DNA of 64,000 bases from Squalus acanthias (taxonomy: Eukaryota), in the NCBI GenBank assembly GCA_030390025.1, contig CM059432.1, positions 5,084,001-5,148,000 of the forward strand, in the 5' to 3' direction. Below, in pieces: positions 62,855 through 64,000 of this stretch (positions are counted from its first letter, which is position 1; every line of letters begins with the position of its first letter). Both the position numbers and the translations under genes were made by a program. The notes under the pieces are model-generated. The model was not told where the DNA came from, ran no database searches, and saw only the letters and a list, made by a program, of their open reading frames with translations.

Positions 62855-63605
62855 ACTGACACTCCAGTGCAGTACTGAGGGAGTGCTGCACTGTCAGAGG
62901 TGCCATCTTTCAGATGAGACGTTAAACCGAGGCCCTGTCTGCCCCCTCAGGTGGACATAAAAGATCGCACGGCACTATTTGAAGTGCAGTGGAGTTCTCC
63001 CCAGCGTCCTGGCCAATATTTATCCTTCAACCCCATCACTAAAATCGATTATGTAGTCATTATCTCATTGCTGTTTATGGGAACGTCTTGTGAGCAAATT
63101 GGCTGCCGTGTCTCCTATATAACAACTTGTATTTATATAGCGCCCTTAAAGTAGCAAAACGTCCCAAGGCGATTCACAGCAGTGTTAGCAAACAAAATTT
63201 GACACCGAGTCGAAGATGATGATATTAGGACAGGTGACCAAAAGCTTGGTCAAAGAGGTCGATTTTAAGGAGCGTCTTAAAAAGGAGAGAGGTATAGAGG
63301 CGGAGAGGTTCAGGGAGGGAATTCCAGAGCTTGGGGCCCAGGCAGCTGAAGGCACAGCCGCCAATGGTGGAGCGATGGAAATCAGGGACGCGCAGGAGGC
63401 CAGAATTGGTTGAGCGCAGAAATCTCAGGAGGGTTGTAGGGCTGGAGGAGGTTACAGAGATAGGGAGAGGGCGAGGCCATGGAGGGATTTGCCAACAAAA
63501 TATTACAACAGTGACTAAACTTCAAAAGTACTTCATTGGCTGTGAAACACTCGAGGCATCGTGAGGTTGTGAAAGACGCCACCTAAATCCAAGTTCTTTC
63601 TTTCT
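62855..63605 (+). mobile_element. DeuSINE split by a minus-strand L2 fragment (about 63119-63490)
   Basis: SINE body stops near 63120 and resumes near 63502. Confidence 0.75.
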
Positions 63606-64000
63606 ATATATGAGCAACTATCCATATTTGTAGCAAAAGAACACACTTGAACTTTGTTTACAGTAGTATCAGGGATATCACTCCAGGGACTATTAACAGC
63701 AAATACAGCACATTAATTCTCTCCGAGGCAGCTCCGATTACATCGAAGGTTGCCCTTCGCTTCTCGCTTTTAATTAGCTGGTGTGTTTTCTCAAAATATT
63801 CATTCTCTCTACAATTAGGTTTTGAAATCAAAAGAATAATTAGTTTATCTGTAAATAAAATTGAACCGTCTCTATTTTAACATACAAGTGGGATGTCTAT
63901 TTAAAAAACCAGTCAATACCTTGAACAAGCTGATTTCACAGACATAACAGACGAAGATGTTAGCAAGGAAAATACAAAGGCAGCACAATGGTTTTTTTTT

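Noticed and set aside
48635..64000. Expected upstream TRAPPC8 exon (HMRDPNNQ...GDYDLNIS)
   Set aside because: Not found by eye, including near the acceptor-like site around 63850. It probably lies beyond the window.

Overview
Eukaryotic (cartilaginous fish, shark-like) genomic DNA, judged from its HE1-type V-SINE, DeuSINE and CR1 repeats; the species cannot be fixed from the sequence. The whole window lies inside one minus-strand gene, TRAPPC8 (TRAPPIII subunit, Trs85 homolog). Twelve internal coding exons (48634 down to 1613; 1710 nt, about 570 codons) splice into one continuous frame with matching phases and GT-AG ends. The 5' and 3' exons lie outside the window. The intron at 46157-48544 has minor-spliceosome (U12-type) signals. 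The introns are packed with transposons: CR1, L2, RTE and Vingi-like LINE fragments, three tRNA-derived SINE families, Tc1/pogo-like and hAT-like MITEs, and Penelope-like pieces. The most notable non-coding structures are minimal hammerhead ribozyme motifs of two families in Penelope-like inserts, two of them arranged as long fold-back palindromes. Most supplied ORFs are transposon remnants or spurious. Exon, TSD and ribozyme coordinates were counted by hand; boundaries of old repeats are approximate.
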